Assembly: GCA_050084985.1 (NCBI GenBank)
Contig: JBITNC010000002.1
Coordinates: 31,434,001-31,498,000 of the forward strand
Direction: 5' to 3'
DNA from: Nageia nagi
Lineage: Eukaryota > Plantae > Pinophyta
Length of the DNA stretch: 64,000 bases
Position numbers and translations under genes: made by a program
The notes under the pieces: generated by a model
Database searches by the model: none
What the model saw: the letters and a program-made list of their open reading frames with translations, nothing else
What the model was told of the DNA's origin: nothing
In this document: in pieces, positions 51,111 through 63,500 of the stretch
Layout of the letters: the number at the start of each line of letters is the position of its first letter
Position numbering within the stretch: the first letter of the stretch is position 1

Positions 51111-51705
51111 GTTGCAATGGAGCAAAGAGAAAGACATGATGCCCTAATGGTAATGCACCTTTGATATACATAAGCTCTTAGGGTTACAAGTACGGAGAGA
51201 TGCATCTCTCATTGAACAAGTAATTTATTAGGTTCATACCAATTTTTGCCAATGTATAAGACTAACTATCAGTGGTAAGGTACAAATTAGCCTCAAGTGG
51301 TGCTTTACCACCTGAGTGGGGTAAACAATGAAAGGTTTACAGGTAGTCATAACCTCTTTCCTGAATCTGTACAAGTTTATATTACTGAACCATCATGCAG
51401 CCTAGGTGGATTGGTGGGGATGCATTGCATGCCAACGTTTCCAGTGACTTTGTTGCCAGAGTGAAAAACTGTTATATATTGGATTGCACAATCATGCCTA
51501 TAAATAGGCTAACACCATGAATGGAACACATGCTAATAACATTCAATACAATACCTACTATCTAGACCTTATTTAAGAACACACCTACTAGATAGACCTT
51601 ATTTAAAAATACAAGTGGATAAGTGGATAGGCCTTTATTAACAAATTTTATCTAATTAATCTATCTTAATATATTAAATATTCTAAAATACCCGCCCATA
51701 ATACA

Positions 51706-53025
51706 TTAAGTCTTTAAAGAACACGAGAGGAAGCTTCGAAAGTACTCAAACTTTCCACGATCAAGAGATTTGGTGAAGATATCTGCAACTTGCTCTTTTG
51801 TAGAAATGTAATGAAGCTGAATGTTGTGCAGTAAAACATGGTCGCAAATGAAGTTCACTTGTATCTCAATATGTTTGGTGCGCTCATGAAAAACAGGATT
51901 GCTAACCAGTTTCAATACACTTTAATTGTTGCAATGTAGAATATTAGGCTTACTATATGAAATCCCAATATCTATCAAAATGCGACACAACCATACTACC
52001 TCACATACAAAATTTGCAGCAACACAATATTCCAACTTTATGGTAGCTTTTGATGTGATACTTTGTTTCTTGCTACCCCAAGAAATCTGTCCAGATTCAA
52101 GGAAGAACACATGTCATGTCGTTGATCTCTTATCATCCAAGGATCCTTCATAGTTTGCATCAGTGTATCCAGTCAAGAAGAACTTATCATTCTTCTTGTA
52201 CCCTAGGCCATAACTTTCAATACCACAGATATATCACAACACATGTTTAGCCGCAGTCCAATGTACTTTCTTAGGTTCATGCATAAACCTAGAAAGATAG
52301 CTAACAACATAGAAAATATTTCGCATGGTATATAAAAGGTAAATTAACCCTCCAATCAACTATCGATAGAGAGTTGCATTTACCTGTGGAGAACTATCAT
52401 GGCGTGACAAATGTAAACTAGGTTCAATTGGTGTGGGCATGGCTTGGCACTATGTCATCTTGAATATCTCCAACAAACTTTCGGTATACTTCATATTTGA
52501 AACAAATATGGGGTCTTGCAATTGCCAAACCTCCAATGCTAGGCAATAATGAAGTAAACCAAGATCAGTCATGTCAAATGATTTCTTGAGGTCATCCTTA
52601 CAAGATAGGATCAATTTCTATGTACTCTATGTGATGACCAAATCATCAACATACACTACAACAATGGCTATCTCCCCCCCATGTTGTCTAAGGTAGAGAT
52701 TAGGATCATAAGGACTCCTAACAAAACCATTTGTAGTAAGTACTTATCAATTTTGATGTACCAGAGACTTGGAGCCTATTTCAAGCCATACATAGACTAT
52801 CAATCTACACACCTTTTCTTTTCCTAGATCAATAACATACCCCTTTGGTTGTTGCATATAGACCTCTTCCTCTAAGTCTTTGTTCAAGAACGCACTCTTT
52901 ACATCCATTTAATGTACTTTCAAGCCAAACTGAGCAGCCATCATAAAGACAATCCTAATGGTCTTCATCTTGGCTGTAGGAGCAACTGTTTCTTCATAAT
53001 CTATCCTTTCCTCTTGGGCATATCC
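51706..53025 (-). pseudogene. Copia-2 RT (5'-truncated) and RNase H
   Basis: GYAQEERIDYEETVAPTAKMKTIR...MDVKSAFLN...VVYVDDLVIT...MTDLGLLHYCL...ISWGSKKQ...NPVFHERTKHIEI...QVADIFTKSL. Confidence 0.92.
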
Positions 53026-53480
53026 TAATGGTCTTCATATGTCCATATCTGCAGTGCCAAAGAGTAGTTACATCCGCAACACGAACAATGGGTGCATGAT
53101 TGTTGGAAACCACAACATCAAGTATGAACATCTTCCCAACTCCTATCGCTCAAGCCACAATCTAAGAATCTTTGGATTTGCCTTGAATGAGGCAACATTT
53201 CTTTCCACCCAAAGTATCAAACTCCACTTTAAGATTGTGATCCAACATTTGATCAACATACAAGAGATTCTTTTTGAGTCCCGACACATATAAGACCTCC
53301 TTAAGCTAACAATTGTGCTTCCCAAGATAGATTTGCACATCCTCTATCCCCTCAATGGCAAAGGGTGTGTCATCTCCTAATTGTACTTGACCAGAATAAG
53401 ATTTCTCATTCAGAGAAAAAACCAATCTTTTTGGCCAATCATGTGTTTGGTAGCTCCTAAGTCTACATACCAAGTGGTTG

Positions 53481-54404
53481 TTATGGATGGTTGCTCTTGA
53501 TGGGCAAGAGCAAAATCTTCAGTCTCCTCCTCTTCTTCAGCATTAGAAATATTCCTTTGTTGCTTTCCTTGTGGTGATGGTCCTCTTCTTCTCCACCCCC
53601 CTTCTTTTTAGGTGGTCCTCTTTGTTTTGGACTCTTATCACTCGAAGATCCTTGAGTGGAAGAATTGTACCAACAATCTTGGATCTCATGCCCTTTCTTA
53701 CCACAAATCAAGCAACTCTTTTGTAGCTTGTTGATATTTTGGGAGAAACCCATGGCTTTTCCTTTTTGTTGGAATGGTTTTTTTACTTTTTGATGAGACA
53801 CCATTGCATGCTCCTCTTCAATTGATTTCTCATGGAAGGCTTCTTGTTTTAGCATGTTCACCAATTCTTCAAAGTCTAGCTTTTGTTTCGTGATATTCAA
53901 GGACATCACAAATATGTAGTAGGACTCTGAGAGAGCTCTCAAGACAATGGGTAAAAGGAGCGTATATTCCATTGTCACACCTAATGCTTGTAGGGAGGCA
54001 CGGAGTTCTGCACCATGGCAAAGGAAGGATTCCAACTTCTCTCCACTTGTTACCTTCAAACTGTGCAAGTGTCCTTGAAGATGAAGAATTTGATTTTGAT
54101 TCTTTGATTCGAACACTTGTTGCAATTTCTTCCAAGATTCAATAGCATCTTTGGAGTCATGAACATGGGATTGGACATCATCCGAAATTCCAAGAAGAAT
54201 GATCATACATGCCTTTCGGTTGCATTGAACAAATTCTTCTTCCAGATCTCCATCAGCTTGGAGAAATTTCTCATTCCCATCAACAATTGTCCATAACCCT
54301 TCAAATTCAAGAATGGCTTGAATTTTTGTCTCCCATGCAACATAATTATGCCCTTTCAAGACTTGAGAGTTAGGAAAGAGAATTTTTGAAGAGGATTGAG
54401 CCAT
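53481..54404 (-). CDS. gag: Copia-2 gag (open reading frame; frameshifted near its 3' end before the protease)
   Basis: LKGHNYVAWETKIQAILEFEGLW (DUF4219-like), a UBN2-like core, and CLICGKKGHEIQDC zinc knuckle. Protease WYVDLGATKHM follows in another frame at ~53440-53475. Confidence 0.88.
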   Translation of the reverse strand: MAQSSSKILFPNSQVLKGHNYVAWETKIQAILEFEGLWTIVDGNEKFLQADGDLEEEFVQCNRKACMIILLGISDDVQSHVHDSKDAIESWKKLQQVFESKNQNQILHLQGHLHSLKVTSGEKLESFLCHGAELRASLQALGVTMEYTLLLPIVLRALSESYYIFVMSLNITKQKLDFEELVNMLKQEAFHEKSIEEEHAMVSHQKVKKPFQQKGKAMGFSQNINKLQKSCLICGKKGHEIQDCWYNSSTQGSSSDKSPKQRGPPKKKGGGEEEDHHHKESNKGIFLMLKKRRRLKILLLPIKSNHP

Positions 54405-56497
54405 TTTATACACAAAAAATCAAGAAATCACCACTTGACACAGATCCTATACAAGATTTTATGGGAGTCGAAACCCAAGATTGCGAAATGGATCCTAATT
54501 CAAGATAAATGATAAAAAATGGGGCACAATAATGATTACAACTGTCATCTCCTGCAATAAGAGCAATTGTCTTTAATATCAACCTCGTAACCACTTTCAA
54601 GCTTTCTTTTCAACACACACTGTCGGCAACGTGCTTCAAACAAAAAATAGTCAATGCAGCCTTGTTAAATCAAAAAATCAAAGGTAAGCGGACTGGTTTC
54701 CTTAATTACCTCCAGGAGTGTAAAATAGAAACCATAGCTTTTTTCTGGATTCATCAAAAATGTTTGTCAAATGATGGCAACTCTCAAAGTGACGATGACT
54801 GAAGCTTACTATTCACCACAACACCTTCATAATTTGGTGAATGATTATCTTCACAAAAGATTTCTATGCATGAGCGAACATTCTTTCTCATACTCCTTAG
54901 TCGTTCGTTTACAGGAAGCAACAATTCTTCCTCATGCAACTTTATACATCTAAAAATGCAAAGAGAAAATCACAGCTTGGGAATTTTACAAGCTCTGAAC
55001 CAACAGTCCAATAATCACACTGTTCTCCTCACGCTATGTACAGATTTGTAGTGAACACGAGTCATCCTCACAAACGGCCTTCTCCACACACAGATGATCT
55101 CCTTCACATGCGTAGGTCTTCCTTCCCTACACGCAACTGTGAATCTGATGATCCAGAGTCGTATGCACGACTAGAGACGCGTTGGTGCAAATTCACAGGT
55201 GACTTGGCCTCTTAGTGGAAGTTGAGCATTGGACGCTCTTACCAAACGGATGCCTCTACGCCGATCTTGAAAACAATGAAAAGAACGCAAGTTGAATGCA
55301 GTCGACCTTGGCATACATTTGTTGGGCACGCACGCTAGATCTGAGGCAGATCTGAGATACTCAAAGTCAAACGCACGGGCCCTTCACACACACAAGTCAG
55401 ATCACAGCAAGTTGGCAACTATCTTACGCGCAGGCCTCTTTTACAAACAACCTTTTTATCTGCAGACGCACTTTGCTTTGGAAAACAATTCATGGTCGCC
55501 TTCAATTTGTAGATTGTCGTTCTCACGCCTAGATTGCGAGCTGGTAGTGGACGCAACGTGAGTTGCAGATCGTAGATGAAGCGTAGATTGCGAGTTGCCT
55601 ACAATTTTTTATGCATGAACCTTATTCACAGCTCCTTGTACCCGCAGCGTGTAGGTTTGGCGGTGAGGACAAGATTTGGGCACGTCACCTCCTTATGTCG
55701 CAATGTTACGATATGGGAAGCACTTGTGCGGGGACTGAAAAAACACGGATTCTTATCCGCAGCTTGAGAAGATTGTAGTCAGGTCTGTTGGAAGACCTCC
55801 CGCAGCTCTCTGTTGAATCTTCATGCTTTTGGCAGCGAGAAGAAAGTCTTCTACGGCCATCTTGCTGTGTCAGAGTGAGAAGCTGCTATATATCGGATTG
55901 CACAATCATGCCTATAAATAGGCTTACAACATCAGCAGAACACATGCTAATAACATTAAATACAATACCTAATATCTAGACCTTATTTAAGAACACACCT
56001 ACTACATAGACCTTATTTAAAGATAAAGTGGCCAAGTGGACAGGCCATTAACAAATTTTATCTAATTAATCTATACTAATGTATTAAATATTCTAACATT
56101 TTTTTCATTTACATTTATGGGTAGCATGTTTGTAATGAAAGAATTTGATTTGTATCACATGAGTGGTGATGCCTAATCAAACAAGTTTGGAAGATGTGAT
56201 TTTGGATGAGCTGATACTGAAGATCTGTCATATGAAGAACATATTTTCATGCAGAAGATGGAAGATTGCAAGGGATTTGAAAAGTATTAACAAAAATAAA
56301 AGAATTAAAACCTGTAAACTTTGACAGCTATACTTTCAATTGCTGAGATATTAAGATGACTCAAGACTTGGAAAAATGATTTGAGACACAAGTAAAACAA
56401 AAGAACTAGTCATTCAAATGCGAGATGAAAAGATATACTCCACATTAACAATTTTGGTCACACTATATATCTTCGAAGAAAATTCAGACTACATCAC

Positions 56498-56608
56498 ATT
56501 TTGAGAAGCTGAAATTTGGTATTGTGCTCCTAACTCGTTGGAAATTTCTTGTGAAACCTCTCTATCCACTGTTGAAGATGAAGCCTCATCATTTTCGATC
56601 TCCTTAGA
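56498..56608 (-). CDS. Probable upstream exon of the Sec14-nodulin gene (linker region)
   Basis: Polypyrimidine tract + tgcag|SKEIENDEASSSTVDREVSQEISNELGAQYQISASQN|gtgatg. 111 nt, phase 0/0, compatible with the 48818 exon. The Sec14-domain exons were not found in the window. Confidence 0.6.
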
Positions 56609-58012
56609 CTGCACATTGGAAAAGAAAATGAAGCTAAGCATAAATAAAATAAAATAAAAACAGAACAACAAAGACATTTTATTTTGAACTTTATAGAAAG
56701 CTCTCTGCCAAGAGTCATTCTCGTATAAGGAAACAAGTTACAATATTAGAGGCAATACAAGACATAATTTTACTCCAAATTCAGCTGTGTAAAACACCCA
56801 CAAAATGCTAGTCTACCTTCTTAATCAAAAGTTGATCTAGACTACTTGCTATTTCTTGTATACAACTAACATTTACACAGTTTCATATTATGTTTAGAAA
56901 AATTAACCAGCATCATCTTTATGATGTCTTTTTAAATATTTGATGAAGTTTTTGCATATGAAAAGAGGTTTGATTTTCATTAATTAGCCAAACTTGATTC
57001 CCTGTATACATCATTAATTTGAAGCAACGTTAATAGTTTCACTAATTGAATCAATTTCATAATCTATCTTAAACCATGCATTTTGAGTGTATGCATATTT
57101 GGGTGTTAGATCAAAGGCACTTAAAGCTGGCGAATACTCCATGAAGCTTTTGCTATTAGGAAAGATATTAAAAAGTACAATGCATGTTTTCATCTTTGAG
57201 AAATTGATCGTGTTTTCATTTCTTGAAAACTTGGTGATTCTGAATTCTTAATGGCACTTTATAAAAAGACAGCCCATAGTGAATGTAGGTTGAGTTTGTA
57301 CCAGTTGGCCATTCAAGCTTATGGATGCAAATGCTCAGCCATCGCATATGATAAAGGGGAAGGTGATGAAGATGTAACAGTGATGACCCTAATTAAAATT
57401 TAATGATAAAAAGAAGACTGATTATAAATACCTGCATAACCATTCTTAATGGTTAGACCTAAGAATATTGACCATAATTCCATGCATGGTTATTATTTTC
57501 AAACTTATATACGAAAGAGCCTTAGCAAACATTCTGCTACAAGCCACTCAATAGCACAATCTATCAAATCTACTTACTCATCTGTACTTTGCTCATGAGT
57601 CAGTTCACATAAGCATTCAGTTTCTTATAAGATAAATTAGACTTTTTTTTCAACCCCACAACACCTTGATTACCAAACGACATAGGTACAGAATTCAGCT
57701 TCCGAATTTCAATGTGACCAAGAATACGCCTTAGCCAAATAGGCTTGCATGTTTCACTACTTACTGTGATACATTCTTATACAGATGGATCATGGTCTAC
57801 TGCTTTTTAATAATCCATAACAATGCACCTGACAGAACACAGAAACTAGATAGTCCAATTTTGTCATCAAACAGATACAACCCATCTAAATTCATGTTCA
57901 CGTAACCATTAAAACAACTCTCATGACAATACATAAATATGGCCTCTTATTAGCAAAATTAATCAATCCTCCACTTGATCGTCTTGATTAAGTTCTGAAT
58001 ACCTATTATGTT

Positions 58013-58409
58013 TCATCAGTAGCCAATAGTTTTGATCTAGTTCCCTATGGAGTAATAATGTGACAAACTATTAAGGATCATACATACTTTGCCTTCATTG
58101 TCTGAACCAAACTGCCTTTAGCAGGACATTAAAATTAGATCATCACCTTAAGGAACTGAATAATAATACTATCACTTATTTTTAAACATATAGATTGGTA
58201 TCTAATAACTCATCTGTAGCAAATAGTTTTGATCTAGTTCCCTATGGAGTAATAATGTGACAAACCATTAAGGATCATACATACTTTGCCTTCGTTGTCT
58301 CGACCAAACTGCCTTTAGCAGGACATTAAAATCAGATCATCAACTCAAGGAACTGAATCATAATATTATCACTTATTTTTAACATATAGATTGGTATCTA
58401 ATGACTCAT
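58013..58409. repeat. 197-bp tandem duplication (2 copies)
   Basis: 58013-58209 vs 58210-58409 are nearly identical. Confidence 0.92.
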
Positions 58410-59466
58410 TAGACAAGGTGTTTGTTTTGTGTATCATGGAGGGAATACTTTAAAAGTTTAAACCAGAAAATTTAAAAATGATTTCAATAATTAAAAACAG
58501 ATATTCTCTAATTTTAAGTTAACCATCTAGTAACCAACACATATACAAATTGCAGACGTTGGAAAGCAATAACAGTATTTTAACTATCTAAAATGACTTT
58601 AATTGGGTGATTTCATTGATTTCTTAAAAAAGAGCAATTTGGGCCTAGTTTGGGTTTTTTTTGGCTAATTTATGTGAAATCTTCTAATTTAGCATTATTT
58701 TAGACAGATTCACATAGGTGAACCCAAAATTTGGTTTGCAAAGTCAAATAAGGCACTCTTGACTCATCATGTTCATAGATAGAAAAAGAAGGCAATGATC
58801 ATCTTCTCTCTTATATCATCTCAACAGATTCATCAAGCTAGGGCATCCACCCCTTTTGTCTTCACTCAACAACTACTCAGCCTTTGTGCACAATCTAGTC
58901 ACATACAATAAAAAAGGCTGCTCCACACCTTGCAAAATCTATGCAACTCAAAATGCTCAACCTTGCAAAACACCCAACGTGCTTTAATGTCATACCAAAA
59001 TACGGGCAGTCTAGTCTAGACACTTGATGACTCGCTTGGTTGATCTCAATTGCCCCAAAATATTCAATCTTAATATTACTTGAAAATCAGAATCATTATC
59101 TTCAACATCATCCAAATTCATTACTTGCTGCAGCTAGGGTTTTCCCTCCAAGATCACAAGATGTCCATCAACAAGTTTTCAACCCTTCATCCTCCAAATG
59201 AGTCTTCGTTGTATCTGTAATGTTGCATATTGCTATAAATATATTTATGTTATGTAAACAAAATAAATTGTGCAAATTTCAATAAATTATCCTCTATTTT
59301 TGTCTACCCAAACACTACAAAAAATTATTATAGCAAATGCACAATTGAACTAACAACCTAACTATTTAGTATTTTCAAAAACCCTCAATTTTTTTAAACC
59401 CACCATTTTTTGAAAAATCATCTAAGATCCAAAAAACCATATCCGATCCAAAACGTTAGATTTGAC

Positions 59467-59899
59467 CAGTGTTGGAAAACTCGAACTCGAGAACTACTCA
59501 GCAAGAAAAATATTGGAGAGTACTTGACAACTTGGAGAATACTTGGGAAAAACTTGATAGAAAAAACCTTGAACATTTCATGAAAAAAATATACAAAAAG
59601 ATATTTAAATATGAAATTGATAGTGAATTTTCAAATCCTTCACAAATTGACCTACGAAGCAAAAAATTGAGCAAACACAATGGAATGATAAGAATGAGAC
59701 ACAATGACATAGTTAAAAGGCACTTTTTGGTATTAACTATCTTTTTTTTTCATGTTTTTTTGGCTCTTTTTTGATGGTAGGTGAGTAACTAGTCGAGTGA
59801 CCCACCGTAAGCCACCAAGGCCAAGTAATACCCCTATGTTACTTGTCTAGCTTGTGAGTCATGAGTAACTGGCGATCACTCATGCATTTTCAAACAATG
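59467..59899. mobile_element. Non-autonomous hAT element (MITE), 433 bp
   Basis: Imperfect TIRs CAGTGTTGGAAAA / TTTTCAAACAATG, perfect 8-bp TSD GATTTGAC (59459-59466 / 59900-59907), and subterminal (a)ctcg / cgagt motifs. Confidence 0.9.
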
Positions 59900-60549
59900 G
59901 ATTTGACTAGAGGGCATTATGACTTAATTAGCTTATAACAATTTGAATTTCATTGATCAATTTTTAAAAGCTAACTTTTCTTTCAAAATACTAACCAATA
60001 CAAAGCCCTGTTTGAAACACCACATGGGTCTTAGATAATCAAAAAGCTCAAGGTACAACTATTCCACTTCTAAGAAACAACCAAATTCAAAAACAACAAC
60101 ATTGAGAAAATTGTTAGAACAAACCAAGGCTGAAACAAAATCTAGGAAACATCAAGGTGATCCACATCATAGTAGTGAAATTCAAATTCATTCAATGTTC
60201 AATTTGGAATGAAACTATCATGTCCCAATTTTTGGAGTTCCACTCATTTTTGGTTTTGTAGGGATTCCATTTTCCACAAGCCAATGATTGTCGATTCATC
60301 TTCTGAAATGGATAGAGCATCTCTTGCCATTCGTTTTGATAGTTACACATGGTTTCGTCAAGAAATGAAGGAGATATTGCATGTTGAAATTTGCCACCAA
60401 GACTAGATTTCTACTATCGCGCATCGTTTTCCTCCAATGATAGGAATAGCTTTATGTGACATCCATGGCTACTTGGTTTGTGTAGAATTCCCAAATTTGG
60501 GGATTCCACTCATTTGATACATGTAGATGATGATATTGTACCCCTATGA

Positions 60550-63500
60550 TGATGTTCATTCCAAATTGGGTGCAAAAATGTTTAATTGAGCACACCAAGA
60601 TGGGATGTCCGTCTTCTAGGGCTTAGCAGGAATAATTTTGGTAGTTATGAATATTTTATTATTTTTAGTTAAATCATTAGTAGGCCCAAGATGTCATAAG
60701 TTAAAATTTGTAATTATAAGACACAATAGGTCGGCCATGATAATAATAATGATTATAATATCAAGTCCACCTATAAAAGGAGGAGAAGCACTCCATTTGG
60801 GATATGTTTGCATTAATTTTTTTTTGGGAGCGAGCTCTCATATCCTCGTCACCAAGGGAGGTCCTTGAGGTTTGGCATTCCTCTTGACTTATTTGACTAC
60901 CACTTCTACTGTTGAGATCTCCATCTAGGAGATATAACTAAAGACTACTGGAATCCATCAGCGATTCACTACTGCTACTGAGACATTACTAGAATCCATC
61001 AGGGATTCACCATTACTAGTGATACCACGAAGCCCTGGAGCTTCCCTACTGGTGAGGATCTATTTCTTCCACTTGGACGTCTAGCTTTGGAGGTTGTCTT
61101 TTGGATCCTAGAATCTCATTTCAACCCTTGAAGAGGTTCACCTAGCTTGGGAGACATTCTTAGACATTTTCGAGGATTCACTTTTGCTATTGAGGAGCCA
61201 TTAGATTGGGATGTCCAGCCCTAGGAGGCATTCTTGGAGCTTTTGCATCCTATTTCAGCCTTCCAAGAGTTCGTCCACCTTGAGGAGGCATTTCGTGATA
61301 TTTTCGAGGGCTCTTGAGTTGGTGTTTCAATTCCCCTAGTGGGATGTCACCCTTCTAGGGCACCATTTTCACTCTTTGAGGCTTGTACTCAATCTCTTTT
61401 GGCTCATTCCATCATTTAGCACTTACTCCATATTTTTGTGGCATCATTTACTTGAGTTATTAGTTGATGGTAGTTTGAGTATTTTGTACACCCTTAGATT
61501 GTTTGCCCTAATTTTGGAGTAGATATTAATGCATGATTTGAGCTTTGAGTTTCATATTTCAGTATTGTTACAGATCTGATTTGGAATTGCAGTAATTTTA
61601 GAGTTGAATATACTTCAGAAATGCCCTAGTTTAAGTAAATTCAGTTGTGCCCTAGTCCGACACATGACCAAACTTTTAAAATTTGGTAATTCGGAGAATA
61701 TTCAGCAAAAATACTACATTTATGTCAAATTCCGATTATTCAACAAAAAATGGATATTATCATAATATGTGATTTTTGCCAAATGTTTTACAATTATTCG
61801 TTTTCATCAACTCGGTGAATATTCGACTACATAAACTCAAAATTCATTGAATTGTGCAACTATGATCCACATTATTCCAACAAAAATATCAAAAGTCTTC
61901 TCTCTATAGATATTTAGGATTTCCTCTACCCCAAGATTATAAATTACCAACATTCAAAATGTTTAGAAGGTAAGGAGATCCAAGGCACATTTATTACTAT
62001 TTCAAGTAGAATACAAAGTGAAGTTCGATGATCATGTCAAAATTGATAGCTAGATTGGTTTTATAAGCTCACTCCTCCATCTCTTTACAATTTTGAGAAA
62101 GTGACTGATGCATTTACAAGACAATACAAATATAATATCAAGACACTAGCTACTTTAGTTGATCTCTTTGCAATATAATAAGGCCCTAATGAAAAATTGG
62201 AAAACTATGTCTAGATTCAAGATGCTATGGGAAAATATTTGCACTCCTATTCAAAATTCAAATGTTTAATGAGATCTTTGTAAATTCTTTGATCAAGAAT
62301 CTAAGACTATGTATGTGAAAATATCAATCTGCCTTTTGGGAGTTAATTCAAATGATAATCACCAAAGAAAAGTTCTTACTTGAGGTAAGAACAATCAAAT
62401 ATGAAAACTTCAAAACCCTAATGATGATTACAATGTTAAAAACCTCTATCCTACAAAGCGTGGAGATAAGAAAATAGTGAATGTAGTTGAAGGTGATTCT
62501 CAACTAATCCAACTAACAAGGTCTCAAACTCAAAAAGAAAATGGATTTACTTTTCCTACTCCACCTTGTTACATTCTCTCCGATCTCTTGCAAAAGTAGT
62601 TGATCATATTACCTCCTAAAAGGGCTTAAGACAAAAATAATATAGCAAAACTAGTTTAGCATCGAGAAAACATCATACTATTGCTACCATCAATAGAAGG
62701 GTCATACAACCAACTAATGTAGCAAACTCAAAAATGAAATTCAATGAGTAATCAATGAAGCAAAAATGAAACTCAATGAGTAATCAATGAAGAAAGTTAT
62801 GTACTCAATCATAAAACTTATGTTTGCCCAACTACAATGCTAAGCTCATGATCAAACTAAGAACGCCAATAATATCAAAGGATTCATACACAATAGCTTA
62901 GACAATCTTTATGGTGTGACTATTAAAAAATTAGGATTTAAGTGCTCATACTCACAAAGACATAACGGGGTATAAATCCAATTTCTAATGTAAGAGTGCA
63001 ATTACCACTAGATCCAAAGCAATAAAATGTCATTGATCTATTGAAAAACACTCAAGTAAATATCTCCCTATTTGAACTTTTGGAAATTTCTCAATCACAT
63101 TTAAGATTTATATAAGAATTTCAAGAAAGAATTAGTAACCAAGAATCTCAATGCAGGAGCCTTTGCCACTATTATTGATACATGGAGACCATAATACAAA
63201 GACATCAAATTTAAACCTTTAAAATTACCCAGCAAAGAATCAAATTTAACTCTTTAGAATTACCTAACAAAACAAAGACATCAATGACCAAAATTTACCA
63301 TTGCACATCAAAGTAGATATCTTGGAAAAGAAAGGTAAAAAAGTCTTGGTGGACATTGCATCAAGCCTTAGCATTTGCTTTGATACTTTCATGCAACATT
63401 TCAAAGAAGAAATTTAGCTCCATTGAAAAGTCAATAATGAAAATCAAAGGTTTTGATTTTGTAGATAAACAAACTGTACAAGTTATTTTACCTTCCTATT

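Larger units (their letters stand above)
51451..56098 (-). mobile_element. Ty1/Copia LTR retrotransposon (Copia-2) inside the SFH intron, integrase deleted
   Basis: ~235-bp direct repeats at 51451-51688 and ~55863-56098 (about 21 substitutions by hand count). PPT-like gggcgggta at 51689-51697. gag, PR, RT and RH are recognisable. No clean TSD or PBS. Confidence 0.88.

Noticed and set aside
55236-55245. gctcttacca as Copia-2's PBS
   Set aside because: Two-base mismatch/gap to the Met PBS and more than 600 bp from the region that matches the other LTR.
59469-59774. 101-aa ORF as a gene
   Set aside because: It lies entirely inside the 433-bp MITE, starts within the TIR and shows no domain motif.
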